64,000 nucleotides of DNA, from assembly GCA_013416795.1 (NCBI GenBank), contig RQSC01000032.1:248001-312000 (forward strand), in the 5' to 3' direction. A program made the translations under genes and the position numbers. Of the stretch, positions 1-11,181 are shown in pieces. The first letter of the stretch is position 1, and each line of letters opens with the position of its first letter. The stretch is from Prasinococcaceae sp. CCMP 1430. Its lineage: Eukaryota > Plantae > Prasinodermophyta. The notes under the pieces were generated by a model. That model was given only the letters and a program-made list of their open reading frames with translations, was not told the DNA's origin and made no database searches.

Positions 1-170
1 TTGGGGTCGGGGCCGTTCCCCCGGGTGCGCGCGAGCGTGCGAGCGCGATTGCCCGCAGCGGGGGTGGAGGAGGGGCAGGGGCAGAGGAGGGGAGGGGTGG
101 GGGCGGGGAGGGGGTGGGCACAGCCCGCGCCCCCCACGGGGTCGGGCGCTCGCCCTTTCTCGCGCGCGCG

Positions 171-724
171 ATGAACCTCGACCTCGGAGGCGCGGGGCGC
201 GACGGCGAGGCCGCCAAGGAGGCACGCGTGGCCGCCGAGATCGGCGGCGACGCCGCGGCCGTCGCGCTCGCGCTGCCGGGGGGCGAGCGGGTCGCGCCGG
301 TGCATGTCCAGGTGAGACGGCAAGGGAGAGGGCGCTTGCGGGGCTGCGAATGGACGCTGAGCTCATTGCGTGCAGCGCACGAGGCCGGCTGCTGCGCTTG
401 CTCCTGTGGCCGGGCATGAGGAGCGTGTCCGCACGCATCCGCAGCGCACGTGGCGCCTGGTGCTGACCAACTGTCGCGACTCGCACGCGACGGGCGCACT
501 CGCGTGCCGCACGGGCCCACGCCTGTTGCGCGTCGCCTTGCACGCGCCCGCAGGTTGGGCAGACAGTCATGTACCTCAAGGCGCTCGTCGAGAAGGAGCA
601 TGGTATCAAGATGAGCGCCCAGCAGCTCTTCTGCAACGACCGTCTGATGATCGACCCGCTCAGCTTGGTCGACTGCGGCATTGCGGGCGGCTCGAGCGTG
701 CTGGTGGAGGTGCGCACGGCCTGA
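171..724 (+). CDS. Small ubiquitin-like (beta-grasp) protein, 2 exons (171-311, 554-724), 103 aa, no C-terminal GG
   Basis: ATG at 171, GTGAG donor at 312, CAG acceptor at 553, in-frame join. Exon 2 reads VGQTVMYLKALVEKEHGIKMSAQQLFCNDRLMIDPLSLVDCGIAGGSSVLVEV, a ubiquitin-like pattern. Confidence 0.75.
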
Positions 725-862
725 GCAATCGCGCCATCGCGCTTGTACCCGCAGGAAAGAACGAGGACGAGAACCGAGGCCCTGGGCACCAGGATAGCGC
801 GCAGTGGCTTGGAGGGCTCGATGGCGGGGATATTACGTTCTGTACAAAATGTCGCGCAGCCA

Positions 863-1621
863 CTACCGCCGCGCGGTGGAGACCTTGAACTTAATGGCCA
901 GGTCCTGTATCTTCTGAGCCACCGTGTCCTGGTCAGCCTCGCCGACCAGTGTTTCGATTGCGCGCGCCACGAACAGGGTCTCAGAGATGCCCGCAGGTGC
1001 GTCCACCCAGACGGAGCCGTTGAGCCCGGCCGCCATGTCGTACGCGACGACCTCCGCCAGCGCAGTGAGCACCGGTGGGGGTGACTTCTTGCGGAGGAGC
1101 GCACGCGCGACCGCCGTGCTCGTGCGGAAGGCGATGCCGCCCTTCAGCGGGCCGTAGCCTCCGGCGACACCGTTTGCGTCCACGCACGACAGCTCAGGGT
1201 CCACGTCCCCGCCCGCTGCCACCACCCGCGCAAGGACCAGGTCGCCCACCTTGAGATTCGGACGGTTGCGCCGCGTGGCGTTCTCAAATGCGAGCGCCGG
1301 CAGCGTCGCACGCGCTGCCGCACCGATGTCGACAGCGAGGTTCTCTCCGAATCGCTCCGCGACGACACCCACGACCGGGTCGCCTGCGCTGGCGATGTAT
1401 CGCTTGGCGCAGCCGTCCACCCACAGCTTGCCATCCTTGGTGCGCCTCAGCGCGCCACAGCGCGTCGCCCCCAGCCGCGTCGCGCCAAGCGCGCCCACGC
1501 CGCCACCTACGCGCACCGCACCGCCACCCTCGCCGACGTCGGCGAGCGCGCGGCCGGGAGCGACGGCCACCCCCGGCCGCCTGAGCAGCTCGACGCCGCC
1601 TGCCTCGCGCTCGCGCTTCAT
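863..1621 (-). CDS. RRP40: Exosome complex component RRP40 (S1/KH); the 5' end may extend into the adjacent N gap
   Basis: Motifs KRYIASAGDPVVGVV, ATLPALAFENATRRNRPNLKVGDLVLARV, DPELSC and GLNGSVWV. Confidence 0.92.
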   Translation of the reverse strand: MKREREAGGVELLRRPGVAVAPGRALADVGEGGGAVRVGGGVGALGATRLGATRCGALRRTKDGKLWVDGCAKRYIASAGDPVVGVVAERFGENLAVDIGAAARATLPALAFENATRRNRPNLKVGDLVLARVVAAGGDVDPELSCVDANGVAGGYGPLKGGIAFRTSTAVARALLRKKSPPPVLTALAEVVAYDMAAGLNGSVWVDAPAGISETLFVARAIETLVGEADQDTVAQKIQDLAIKFKVSTARR

Positions 1622-1817
1622 GTCGCGCCCCCCCCCCCCCCCCCNNNNNNNNNNNNNNNNNNNNNNNNNNNNNNNNNNNNNNNNNNNNNNNNNNNNNNNN
1701 NNNNNCGCGCCGCGCCCCGCCCCACCGCGCCCCTCCCCGCCCCGCCGCGCTGCCGCGGCCAGGCGAGAGCAGCCGCCGTTGCTCCTCGGCTCTGCGGCCT
1801 AGGCGCGCGCGGCAGCC

Positions 1818-3193
1818 ATGACAGACCAGATGCGTGCGATGCTGGACGAGATGATGGGAGTGAACCGCAACGGCGACAAGCCCGAGGAGGCCGCGCTCAA
1901 GCACAGCGACGCGCGGCTCTGCAGACCGTGGCTGTGCGGCATGTGCCCTCACGAGATCTTTGCCGGTACGCGCGCCGACATGGGCCCGTGCCCGAAGAAG
2001 CACGATGTGGGCGCGCGCAAGAGCTATGTCGAGGACGGATCTGCGGCGGACTACAGCGCCGAGCTCATCAGCTGCGTGGATGAGATACTCGGCGAGTGCA
2101 GGCGCAGGGTGGAGAGTGCGGAGCGCAAGCGCCAGACCGACGGGTCCGGCACAATCTCGATCGCGGCCGCCATCAGGAAGTACGAGAGGGATACTGAGGG
2201 TGGCAGGGCAGTGAAGGCCCGCGCGCTCGAGGCAGAAAAGGCGCTGGTGCGGGCGCAGAATCAAAAGGTTGGGTCAGAGGCGCTCGCCAAGGTGGAGATC
2301 GCGCTAGAGGAGGCGCTCCATGCGCGAGCACGGGCGCATGCGCTGGTCGTTTCCAACGAGTTCCGCCGCATTGAGGTGGCGCAGTCGGCTGTGAAGGCCA
2401 TCGAAAGCTCGGCCCTGGCCGAAGAGCAGAAGCAGCAGGAGTCAGCAAAGGTCGATATGGATGAGGGCACCGCCGCGCTGATCGCCGACAAGCTCAAGCG
2501 CGCGGAGGAGGCGGGCGAGGAGGGCGACGTTGACCTCGCCGAACAGCTCACCGCCGAGGCGGACGCCCTCAAGGAGATGGCGGCGTCCAAGGCCAAGGCT
2601 GCGCCAGGTGCGCCCGCGCCGGCGATGCCTCCGCCCGCGATGCCCCCGCCCGCGATGCCCCCGCCGGCGATGCCCCCGCCCGCGATGCGCCCGCCGGCCA
2701 TGCCCCCGCCGGCCTTGCCCAGCGCCGCCGCCGAAAACAAGCACGAACAAACGCCGCGCGGCGCGCGCGCCGCCCCACCGCTGTCGTGACATCGGGTCAG
2801 AAGCTGCGCAACCAGCACCAGCTCCTGCGCGTGTGTGACGTGTGCGCATCGATGGTCGCCCTCAACGACACCGAAGAGCGCCTCGCGGACCACTTCTGCG
2901 GAAGGCTGCACCTCGGGTACCTGCGGCTCGCCGACGCCAAGGAGGCCGCGCAGGCCAAGATGCGCCAGTGCCAGCCGGCGCGCGGCGGCGGCCGCGAGCG
3001 CGAGCGCGAGCGCGATGGCGACCGGCGAGGCGGATATCACCCGCACGATCGCGACCGCTACGATTACGACTACCGACGAAACGGTGGTGGTGGATATGGA
3101 GGGTCGCACCGCCGCGACGACTACTACGACAGGCGGTCGTACGATCGATCATACGATCGATACGATGGCTACGACCGCAGACGCAGGTACTGA
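1818..3193 (+). CDS. LUC7: LUC7-like U1 snRNP protein. ZnF1 is in ORF 1818-2789; ZnF2 and the RD/RS tail are in ORF 2786-3193. The junction is unresolved (candidate intron 2608-2741, or an indel).
   Basis: MRAMLDEMMG, CRPWLCGMCPHEIFAGTRADMGPCPKKH, LRVCDVCASMVALNDTEERLADHFCGRLHLGY and an RD/RY-rich C-terminus. Confidence 0.9.
2622..2720 (+). repeat. 15-bp tandem repeat (GCGATGCCCCCGCCC, about 6.5 copies; reads AMPPP)
   Basis: Visible with 15-nt periodicity from 2622. Confidence 0.95.
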
Positions 3194-3429
3194 CCTGAGG
3201 GTTGGGTGGCCGCCACGGTGAGGTGCGTCTGCTGCGTGCGCCGACGGCCGGTAATACACCCCAGTGCGCATGACCATTCCGTAGCACGGCGGCGGGGCAC
3301 GCGGCGCGAGGCAGCCCGTGCTCGTGACTCACAGGTGTGAGATTTTCGCTATTTTGTGTTATTGCCTGCCCTGCCGGCAGGGGTACGCGAAGCACCTACG
3401 CGGTAGCTGCCGCGACGTGTGTCACCACC

Positions 3430-4564
<1,135 letters not shown>

Positions 4565-5387
4565 TCAGCCACGCATCGTTGGGCCACGCGCGCGCGCGCT
4601 CAGAGCGCGGGCAGACGCGCTGGCCCTGTCGCCCCGCACCCGCGCCTCCCATCCCACCGAGCACACGAGCGCAGCGGAGCGGCGCTTCCCAGCCAGTGCG
4701 GGTCTCAGGGTCCGGGGGGGGGGGGGGGGGGGGGGGGGCGAAGAGGGGCACGAGGGCGGAGGGCACGGGGTACCCCGCGCGCCAGCGCGCGCAAAACGAA
4801 ATTCGTTGGGGAACGGGGCAAAACGTTGGGCCAAACTTTTTGGCGCGCAACTCGAGCGCGCGCGCGCAGGGGGCGGGTGGGGGGGCGAGCGGGGCGACGC
4901 GGGGCTTCCGCAGCGGCGCGCGCGACGCGCGAGCGAAGCGCCCTCCCACCAAGGGGTTCTCCTGCGGGGCGATCGTCCCCACCCGCGGGCGGGCGCCGGA
5001 GGCGCGTGCCCTTTCTCCCACCCATCCTCCCTCCCCTCACGCGCGCGGTTTCGCGCAAAAAAAAAAAAANNNNNNNNNNNNNNNNNNNNNNNNNNNNNNN
5101 NNNNNNNNNNNNNNNNNNNNNNNNNNNNNNNNNNNNNNNNNNNNNNNNNNNNNNNNNNNNNNNNNNNNNNNNNNNNNNNNNNNNNNNNNNNNNNNNNNNN
5201 NNNNNNNNNNNNNNNNNNNNNNNNNNNNNNNNNNNNNNNNNNNNNNNNNNNNNNNNNNNNNNNNNNNNNNNNNNNNNNNNNNNNNNTTTTCGCGCGCGCG
5301 TGCGCGGCGGTTGGGGAGCCCGCGCGCGCGTTTGGGGTAATATCCGCCGAAAATGAACAGAGAAGAGCGCGGCGCTGCCGTGTATGC

Positions 5388-5400
5388 AGGGTTTGACCCT
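5388..5400. promoter_or_regulatory. Telo-box-like inverted motif AGGGT-TTG-ACCCT in an AT-richer island upstream of centrin
   Basis: Sequence seen directly; function inferred from recurrence of the motif in other intergenic regions. Confidence 0.4.
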
Positions 5401-5479
5401 AACACCAAATGTTTGTTTCACTGCAACCCAAAGTCCGCGGCGCGCGCCTCCCGCCGAGGCGGACCGCGCGGCCCCGCCC

Positions 5480-5482
<3 letters not shown>

Positions 5483-5512
<30 letters not shown>
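5483..5512. repeat. (AG)n microsatellite, about 15 units
   Basis: Visible directly. Confidence 0.95.
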
Positions 5513-5514
<2 letters not shown>

Positions 5515-5698
5515 CCCTCGCGGCGGGAGGGGCGAGGCGCTCCCTCTCGCCGGAGGGGCGGACGAAGGCGCGGTCGCGCGCGTGGCAGCGGCGGCAGCTG
5601 CCGCCCTCCGCGCTGGCTGTGGGCTGCGCGGTACTTTGTGTACACGATGAGATACAACAATGGCCCTGACGGGCCCAGGGCGGTGCGGGACCTCCGTG

Positions 5699-6604
5699 CT
5701 ATCCGTCGGGCGGCAGGTGGCGCAGAGTGAGGCTCACGCGCCGCTCGGAGCTGACGTCGACAACCTCATGCGTCCACGACCAGCGCGCCTCGTGGCTCAT
5801 CAAGAGCAGGTCGCCGCCGCTGAGGGCCAGCGTGACCGCACCCGCCGCGCCGCCGCGCGCGGCGCCGGCACGCTCGCAGGGCGCGCCCACCGCGGGCGCG
5901 AAGCGCATCGTGCAATCGCCCCACAGCGAGAGCGCAGCGATGCCATCGGCGAAGCGCGCGAGGTCGACGTGTGCGGGCAGCGAGCCGCGGCGGCTGTACG
6001 CGTTCAGTATCGCCTGATTCAGCTGCCCGCCCGCGGAGCGGCGTGCCTCCGCGAAGGCCTCGCAGCCGGCGTCGGTCGCTTGAGCGCATGCGCGGCAAAG
6101 CGCGCTCGCGTCAGCCGCCAGGTGCGCGCACTCGCCGGCACATGCAGGCGCGTGCCCCCGAGCTCGCCACAGCGGCGGCTTCGCCCACGCACCTGCGAAC
6201 GCGTCCACGGCGTCGGCACATCTCTGGATCCAGTCCGGCAGCTCGCCGAAGTACATCACCTGGTCCGGAGCCGCCGCAATGCCATCGCCGCCGTGGTCGC
6301 CGCCGCCATTGCCACCACTCGCATCGGAGCCCGCCGCGCAGGCGATCCCCGCGCGCAGCACGGCCTCCCGCACCTCGCCCAGGGCTTCATGCGGCAGGAA
6401 TTGCCGGCATAGGACCAGCCCACGCGGCCAGTGCGCGAGCGTGGCCGCCTCGCATCGCGCGCGCGGCAGCCATGTGCCGCGCTCGCTTGCGCTGCCCGCG
6501 TCCGGGCCGCCGGCGGAGTCCGTGTCAGAGCCAGAGTCCGACGGCGAGCCACCGAAGGCGGCGCGCACGAGCGCGTCCTTCAGCGTGAGCGGTGAGGACG
6601 GCAC
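5699..6604 (-). CDS. AlkB-family 2OG-Fe(II) dioxygenase; no in-frame AUG at the apparent N-terminus
   Basis: NQAILNAY, HxD motif (AHVD), LLLMSHEARWSWTH (distal His) and RRVSLTLR (2OG-binding arginines). Confidence 0.9.
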   Translation of the reverse strand: MPSSPLTLKDALVRAAFGGSPSDSGSDTDSAGGPDAGSASERGTWLPRARCEAATLAHWPRGLVLCRQFLPHEALGEVREAVLRAGIACAAGSDASGGNGGGDHGGDGIAAAPDQVMYFGELPDWIQRCADAVDAFAGAWAKPPLWRARGHAPACAGECAHLAADASALCRACAQATDAGCEAFAEARRSAGGQLNQAILNAYSRRGSLPAHVDLARFADGIAALSLWGDCTMRFAPAVGAPCERAGAARGGAAGAVTLALSGGDLLLMSHEARWSWTHEVVDVSSERRVSLTLRHLPPDG

Positions 6605-6637
6605 GCGCGCGGGCGCGCACGCGCGCGCGCGCCAGCC

Positions 6638-9600
6638 GTGCCCCGTGGCGCGCCAACCGTCACTGCGGCGGCCGCCGCTGCTGCGCGCCGCGCGCCGCGC
6701 TCGCGCTCAGCATTTACGGCAGCGGCGCGCCGTGCAGGCAGTGCCGGCACAGCGGGCGGCGACAGCGAACAGATCGCGGCGGCGCAGGTGGCGGTCGGAG
6801 GAGGCGACGATGGCGGCCCCCAAGATCTCCCCGGTGTGGGCGACGTCGTCTGGCCCGGTGAGCTCGACACCGCCGTGCGCGATTCGGTCCTACTGCCGGC
6901 GTCGGAGATCGAGCGCTGCAGCGCGCTCGCCGCGCACGCCGCCGCGGTTGCCGCAGCGGAGCGGCCGACGGCGAGGGCGATGCTCGCGGCGCTCAAGATG
7001 GACGATCCCATCGGCGTTGACACGACCAAGCGCGGCGCGAGCCGCTCCAAGGGATCGCTCATGGAGTTTGTGTACGCCGTGAAACGCGCACACCCGACCA
7101 AGGTCGCGCTGGTTCGGGTGGGCGAGTTCTACGAGGCGTGGGGCTTCGACGCGGTCCACCTCGTGGAGCACTGCGGCCTCAACCCGATGGGAGGCGTCTC
7201 GCCCGACACGGTGCCGCGCGCGGGCTGTCCCATCTCGAACTTGCGGCGCACGCTCGCCGACCTCGTCGACGCCGGGCTGAGCGTCGCTGTGTGCGAGGAA
7301 ATGCCCACGCCCTTCACATACGGCGCCCGCGCCGCGAGGAAGGAGCGCTTCGTCGCCGGGGTGGTGTCGCCCGCGAGCCCTATCTACTGCTACGGGCTGG
7401 CCGGTGAGGACGCTGATCCGGACTACGCCTCCGTGCCGCCAGTCATCGCCATCGCCTGCTCGTCGCGCGGCTACTCGGTGTGCGAGGTGCACGTCGACCT
7501 CAGGCGGTGCACCGTGACAGAGGGTCTCACAGAAGAGGCAGCGGTGGCGCGCCTGGTGGCGGGAGGCTTCAGCCCGCCGCTGCGCGTGCACGCGTCGCTG
7601 CGTGCGCAGGGCAGGTGGGAGGGCTCGCTGCTCAAGTTCGCGTCAAGTGGCTCGGCGTCAGAGGTGCAGCACTACGGTACCGCAGACGGCGACTTCGTCG
7701 GCGCGCTGCTCAGCGAGGTCAGGAAAGACCTCGCGCTGCGCGCGGACGCGGCATTCGCCGTGACTGCGCATGTGGCGGACAGCGGGCGGCCGCGGCCGCT
7801 ATACCTGGCGACCGCACGCCAGGTGGGCGTGCTGCCGACCGACGGCATGCCGGACACTGTCAAGGAGCTGCTGCCTCCCGGCACGCCCGCTGCGTGCAGG
7901 CACCTCATGCGCCGCCTGCTCCTGCACCCTCCCCAGCATGAAGTGGCGGAGGCCACGCGCCGAGCCACGGCCGTGCTGTCAGGGCTAGGCCCCGGCGGTG
8001 CAGAGGGCACACCGGACGGAGTCAGGCTTGAGGCAGTGCCACTGCTGCCGCTCGTGCCTGCGGCGAAGATCGCGCGTCTGGTGATCGCGAGGGAGGCGAG
8101 CCACCTCGTGCTGGCAGACACGGCCGTGATGCTGTCCGCTGTGGTGGCCGTCCTGGATCGGGCCACACGCCCGGTGCTCGCATCGGCCGCAAGAGACCTC
8201 CTTCCGCTGGCGTCGGCCGAGGCCGACGCGCCGCTCGCGGCGGATCAGCTCGTCCGCGGGGCGCGCAAAGCATCAGAGCAGATCAGATCTGTGGTCGCCG
8301 AGCAGCACTTTGGCGCTGGTGCCGTTGGGGACGGCGTGGATGAGGGCGGCCCGAGTGTGGAGGGTGCTCGTGCCGACCCAGTGAGTTTCAGTGGCGCGCC
8401 TGCGGAGACTTGCGCCGTCCCTGTCGAGATGTTCGCCTCTCACGAGAAGTGGCGCGGGCGGGTGCGCCGCGACGCGTCCCCGAGCATCGCGAATGCGTAC
8501 GCAGCTGTCGATGCCGCCGCCCGAGAGCTTGAAGAAGCAGTGCGTGAGGATCTCGTACCGGCCGCCCTGGCTGCGGAGGCAGCCAGGACCACCAAGCGGG
8601 CCACGACACAGGGCACTATCGCATTCAACGTCCACGACAAGTGCGTGTGGTTCAATGGCACAAAGAGACCGCCGGGGTTGGAGCCCTCGCTTGCCGAGCG
8701 GTTGCGCCATCCTGTGGACAGGTACGGCGCGCCCGTCGGCAAGTGCCTCAGCACGGAAAGGGTGGACAAGGCCATGAAGGAGTACAAACTAGCATGCCGT
8801 GAGACGGGGGCAGCTGTGACGGCCGAGCTGCGAGCGCTGGCGAAGAGTCTCGATGGTGACCTGCAGGCGCTCGTGGGCGCCGCTACCTTCGCAGTGGTGG
8901 TCCGCACCATGCTGGCGCACGCGGAGGAGGGGGCCCGCAGGGGATGGTGCTGCCCGGTGCTGCTGCCGTTCGAGGGCCCCGCGCCGATGCAACGGCCAGT
9001 GCTGGAGTTGCGAGGCACGTGGCCCTACTGGATGGACGGCCGCATGCCCGAAGTCGTGCGAAATGACGTGTCGCTGAGTGGCCTTGCGCTACTCACGGGC
9101 CCTAACATGGCTGGCAAGTCGACGGTGAGCCGCACGGTCGCTGCGGTGGCGCTTTTTGCATCCTGCGGGCTGCTGGTGCCCGCGCAGTCCGCGCGCGTGC
9201 CGCGCTATGACGCCTTCCTGGTACGCCAGGCCGGTGGCGATGCGCCCTCGGAGAACAAGTCTGCCTTCGCGCTTGAGATGGATGACGCGCGCACCGTGCT
9301 GCGAGACGCCACGGAACGCTCATTGGTTACCCTCGACGAGATCGGCCGTGGGACTGAAGCTGCGGGCGGCGCTGGCATCGCGGGCGCCATGCTCGAGTCG
9401 CTGGCCGCGCGCGGTGCGCAGGGGCTCTTTGCGACGCATCTGCACGAGATCTTGTCGATGCAGCTCGCGCCGCTGCCAGACGGCCGACCGATCCCGCGCA
9501 TGCGCATGGAGACATCGCCAGATCCGACGCGCCCGGGCCGTGTGCGCCCGACATGGCGTGTTGTCGACGGCGAGTGCACCGAAAGCTTGGCGTTGCAGGT

Positions 9601-10423
9601 GGCAGAGGACTGCGGTCTGCCCGCCGATGTGGTGCGACGCGCGGAGGAGCTCGCGGACGGAATCCTGGCGAGCGCCTACGCGCCCACCCAGGAGCCGCTG
9701 CCGCCTGCACCGCCACTGCAGCAACAGCAGCAACAGCAACAGCACTTGCAGCCGACCGAGTCCGCGCGGTCGAGGCAAGCGGACATGCTCTCGGCAGCAC
9801 CGACGCAACGCCCGCAATGGCAGAGCGAGTGGAACGAGCAATTCCAGCAGCAGCAACCGCTCCAGCAGCCACCCCCGCCACAGCAGCGGCAGCAGCGGCA
9901 GCAGCAGCCACAGATCCAGCAGCCTCAATCGGCGCCGCTATTCCAGCAAGCGTCGCCCGCGTACCAACAGCGGTCCGCTCCGCAGCACGAGTTGGACGCC
10001 CCGCCGCAGGAGCGGTCGCCCGTACCAGACGGCCCTGTGCCCTCGTGGCCTGCAGCGATGGAGGCTCTTCGTGTGACCGCGACGGGAGGCGGGCTCGCCG
10101 GCGTGAGCGACATCCGGGTGCTTGGCGCGATGGAGCAGCCGCCACCCCAGGAGGCGTCTGGCTGCTCGGTCGTGTACTTGTTCCGCAGCGAGGGTGGGTA
10201 CTTTTACGCCGGCGAGACGGACGGCCTGCGCCAGCGCCTGCACGCGCACCGCGCGGGAAAGGCCGGCGGCAACGCGCTGTTCGCGTACGTGACCATCGAG
10301 GCCGAAGCCGGTGGCAAGTCCATCGCGCGCGCCATCGAGTCCGCGCTGCAGCGCAGGCTGGCGCGCATGGGCTTTCCGATGCTCAGCACAGGTGACGCCG
10401 GCAACAGGAACTTCGGCGGGTAG
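6638..10423 (+). CDS. MSH1: Plant-type organellar MutS homolog MSH1 (mismatch-binding domain, ATPase, C-terminal GIY-YIG), intronless; start uncertain
   Basis: VRVGEFYEAWG (Phe-x-Glu), RAGCP, LTGPNMAGKST (Walker A), DEIGRGTE, FATHLHE, and the GIY-YIG-like VYLFRSEGGYFYAGETDGLRQRLHAHR. Confidence 0.96.
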   Translation: MPRGAPTVTAAAAAAARRAPRSRSAFTAAARRAGSAGTAGGDSEQIAAAQVAVGGGDDGGPQDLPGVGDVVWPGELDTAVRDSVLLPASEIERCSALAAHAAAVAAAERPTARAMLAALKMDDPIGVDTTKRGASRSKGSLMEFVYAVKRAHPTKVALVRVGEFYEAWGFDAVHLVEHCGLNPMGGVSPDTVPRAGCPISNLRRTLADLVDAGLSVAVCEEMPTPFTYGARAARKERFVAGVVSPASPIYCYGLAGEDADPDYASVPPVIAIACSSRGYSVCEVHVDLRRCTVTEGLTEEAAVARLVAGGFSPPLRVHASLRAQGRWEGSLLKFASSGSASEVQHYGTADGDFVGALLSEVRKDLALRADAAFAVTAHVADSGRPRPLYLATARQVGVLPTDGMPDTVKELLPPGTPAACRHLMRRLLLHPPQHEVAEATRRATAVLSGLGPGGAEGTPDGVRLEAVPLLPLVPAAKIARLVIAREASHLVLADTAVMLSAVVAVLDRATRPVLASAARDLLPLASAEADAPLAADQLVRGARKASEQIRSVVAEQHFGAGAVGDGVDEGGPSVEGARADPVSFSGAPAETCAVPVEMFASHEKWRGRVRRDASPSIANAYAAVDAAARELEEAVREDLVPAALAAEAARTTKRATTQGTIAFNVHDKCVWFNGTKRPPGLEPSLAERLRHPVDRYGAPVGKCLSTERVDKAMKEYKLACRETGAAVTAELRALAKSLDGDLQALVGAATFAVVVRTMLAHAEEGARRGWCCPVLLPFEGPAPMQRPVLELRGTWPYWMDGRMPEVVRNDVSLSGLALLTGPNMAGKSTVSRTVAAVALFASCGLLVPAQSARVPRYDAFLVRQAGGDAPSENKSAFALEMDDARTVLRDATERSLVTLDEIGRGTEAAGGAGIAGAMLESLAARGAQGLFATHLHEILSMQLAPLPDGRPIPRMRMETSPDPTRPGRVRPTWRVVDGECTESLALQVAEDCGLPADVVRRAEELADGILASAYAPTQEPLPPAPPLQQQQQQQQHLQPTESARSRQADMLSAAPTQRPQWQSEWNEQFQQQQPLQQPPPPQQRQQRQQQPQIQQPQSAPLFQQASPAYQQRSAPQHELDAPPQERSPVPDGPVPSWPAAMEALRVTATGGGLAGVSDIRVLGAMEQPPPQEASGCSVVYLFRSEGGYFYAGETDGLRQRLHAHRAGKAGGNALFAYVTIEAEAGGKSIARAIESALQRRLARMGFPMLSTGDAGNRNFGG

Positions 10424-10448
10424 GGGCCGCCAAGGTCGCTCATTTTTA

Positions 10449-10478
10449 GACCCTACTAGGCACTAATCTGACCCTAAC
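10449..10478. promoter_or_regulatory. Two GACCCTA motifs in an AT-richer island between MSH1 and the next gene
   Basis: GACCCTA at 10449 and GACCCTAA at 10470. Confidence 0.35.
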
Positions 10479-11181
10479 GCGATTTGGCATGTGCCATTGC
10501 CCACACACGGGCGTTTGCACATCGATTGGGATGTGGCTGCGAGCGCTGCTGCCAGCACGCCCGGGGGCATGCAAAAACCCTACCCACCTCCGTTTAAAAA
10601 AAAAAAAAAAAAGTCGGCGGTCGGCACGTCAGTTCGCACTGAGAGCGCTCGCGCGTGAGTTTTGCGGCGGCCGCCGCCGCAGGCGCGGCGGCGCTGTGCG
10701 GCCGCCGCTACCGCCACACTCCGCGCGAGCCGAGGTGCGTGTGGTGTGGATGGGGTGGGGTGGGGTGGGGTGGGGGGGAGTAGGGGGGAGCAGTAGGAGA
10801 GGGAAAGCGAGATGGAGTGCCCGAGCGAATCCTGCGCGCAGCCCTTGGCGCGGCGCCGGCGCGCGCGCGCGCGCGCGCAGCCAGTCATTCCCTTCCCAAA
10901 CACGTTTTGCGGCGAAGGCGTAGCTCCTGCGGGCGGGGGCACGTTGCGGGCGGATGGGCGGGGGCGCAACTGCATCTGCTCTCGGTTCCTCTCGCTCCCT
11001 CGCGCTCTCGCTTCGGCCTCTTCGCGACGATGGCACGCGTGTGCTGTGTGTGTGGTGGAAGGGTGGGGGGTGGGGGGAGGCTACGCACATTGCATGGAGG
11101 CTGACCCGTGCGCCCGCAATCGCCGTCGTCGCTGCTGCCGTGCACCCGCCGCCCGCGACCACTCAGGTACTCGCAGCAGCC

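Noticed and set aside
5287-5700. Short ORFs around the (AG)n repeat (for example ERERER...)
   Set aside because: They are microsatellite translations with no family similarity and look like promoter/UTR sequence.
10170-10423. GIY-YIG nuclease as a homing endonuclease or mobile element
   Set aside because: It is the in-frame C-terminal domain expected for plant-type MSH1.
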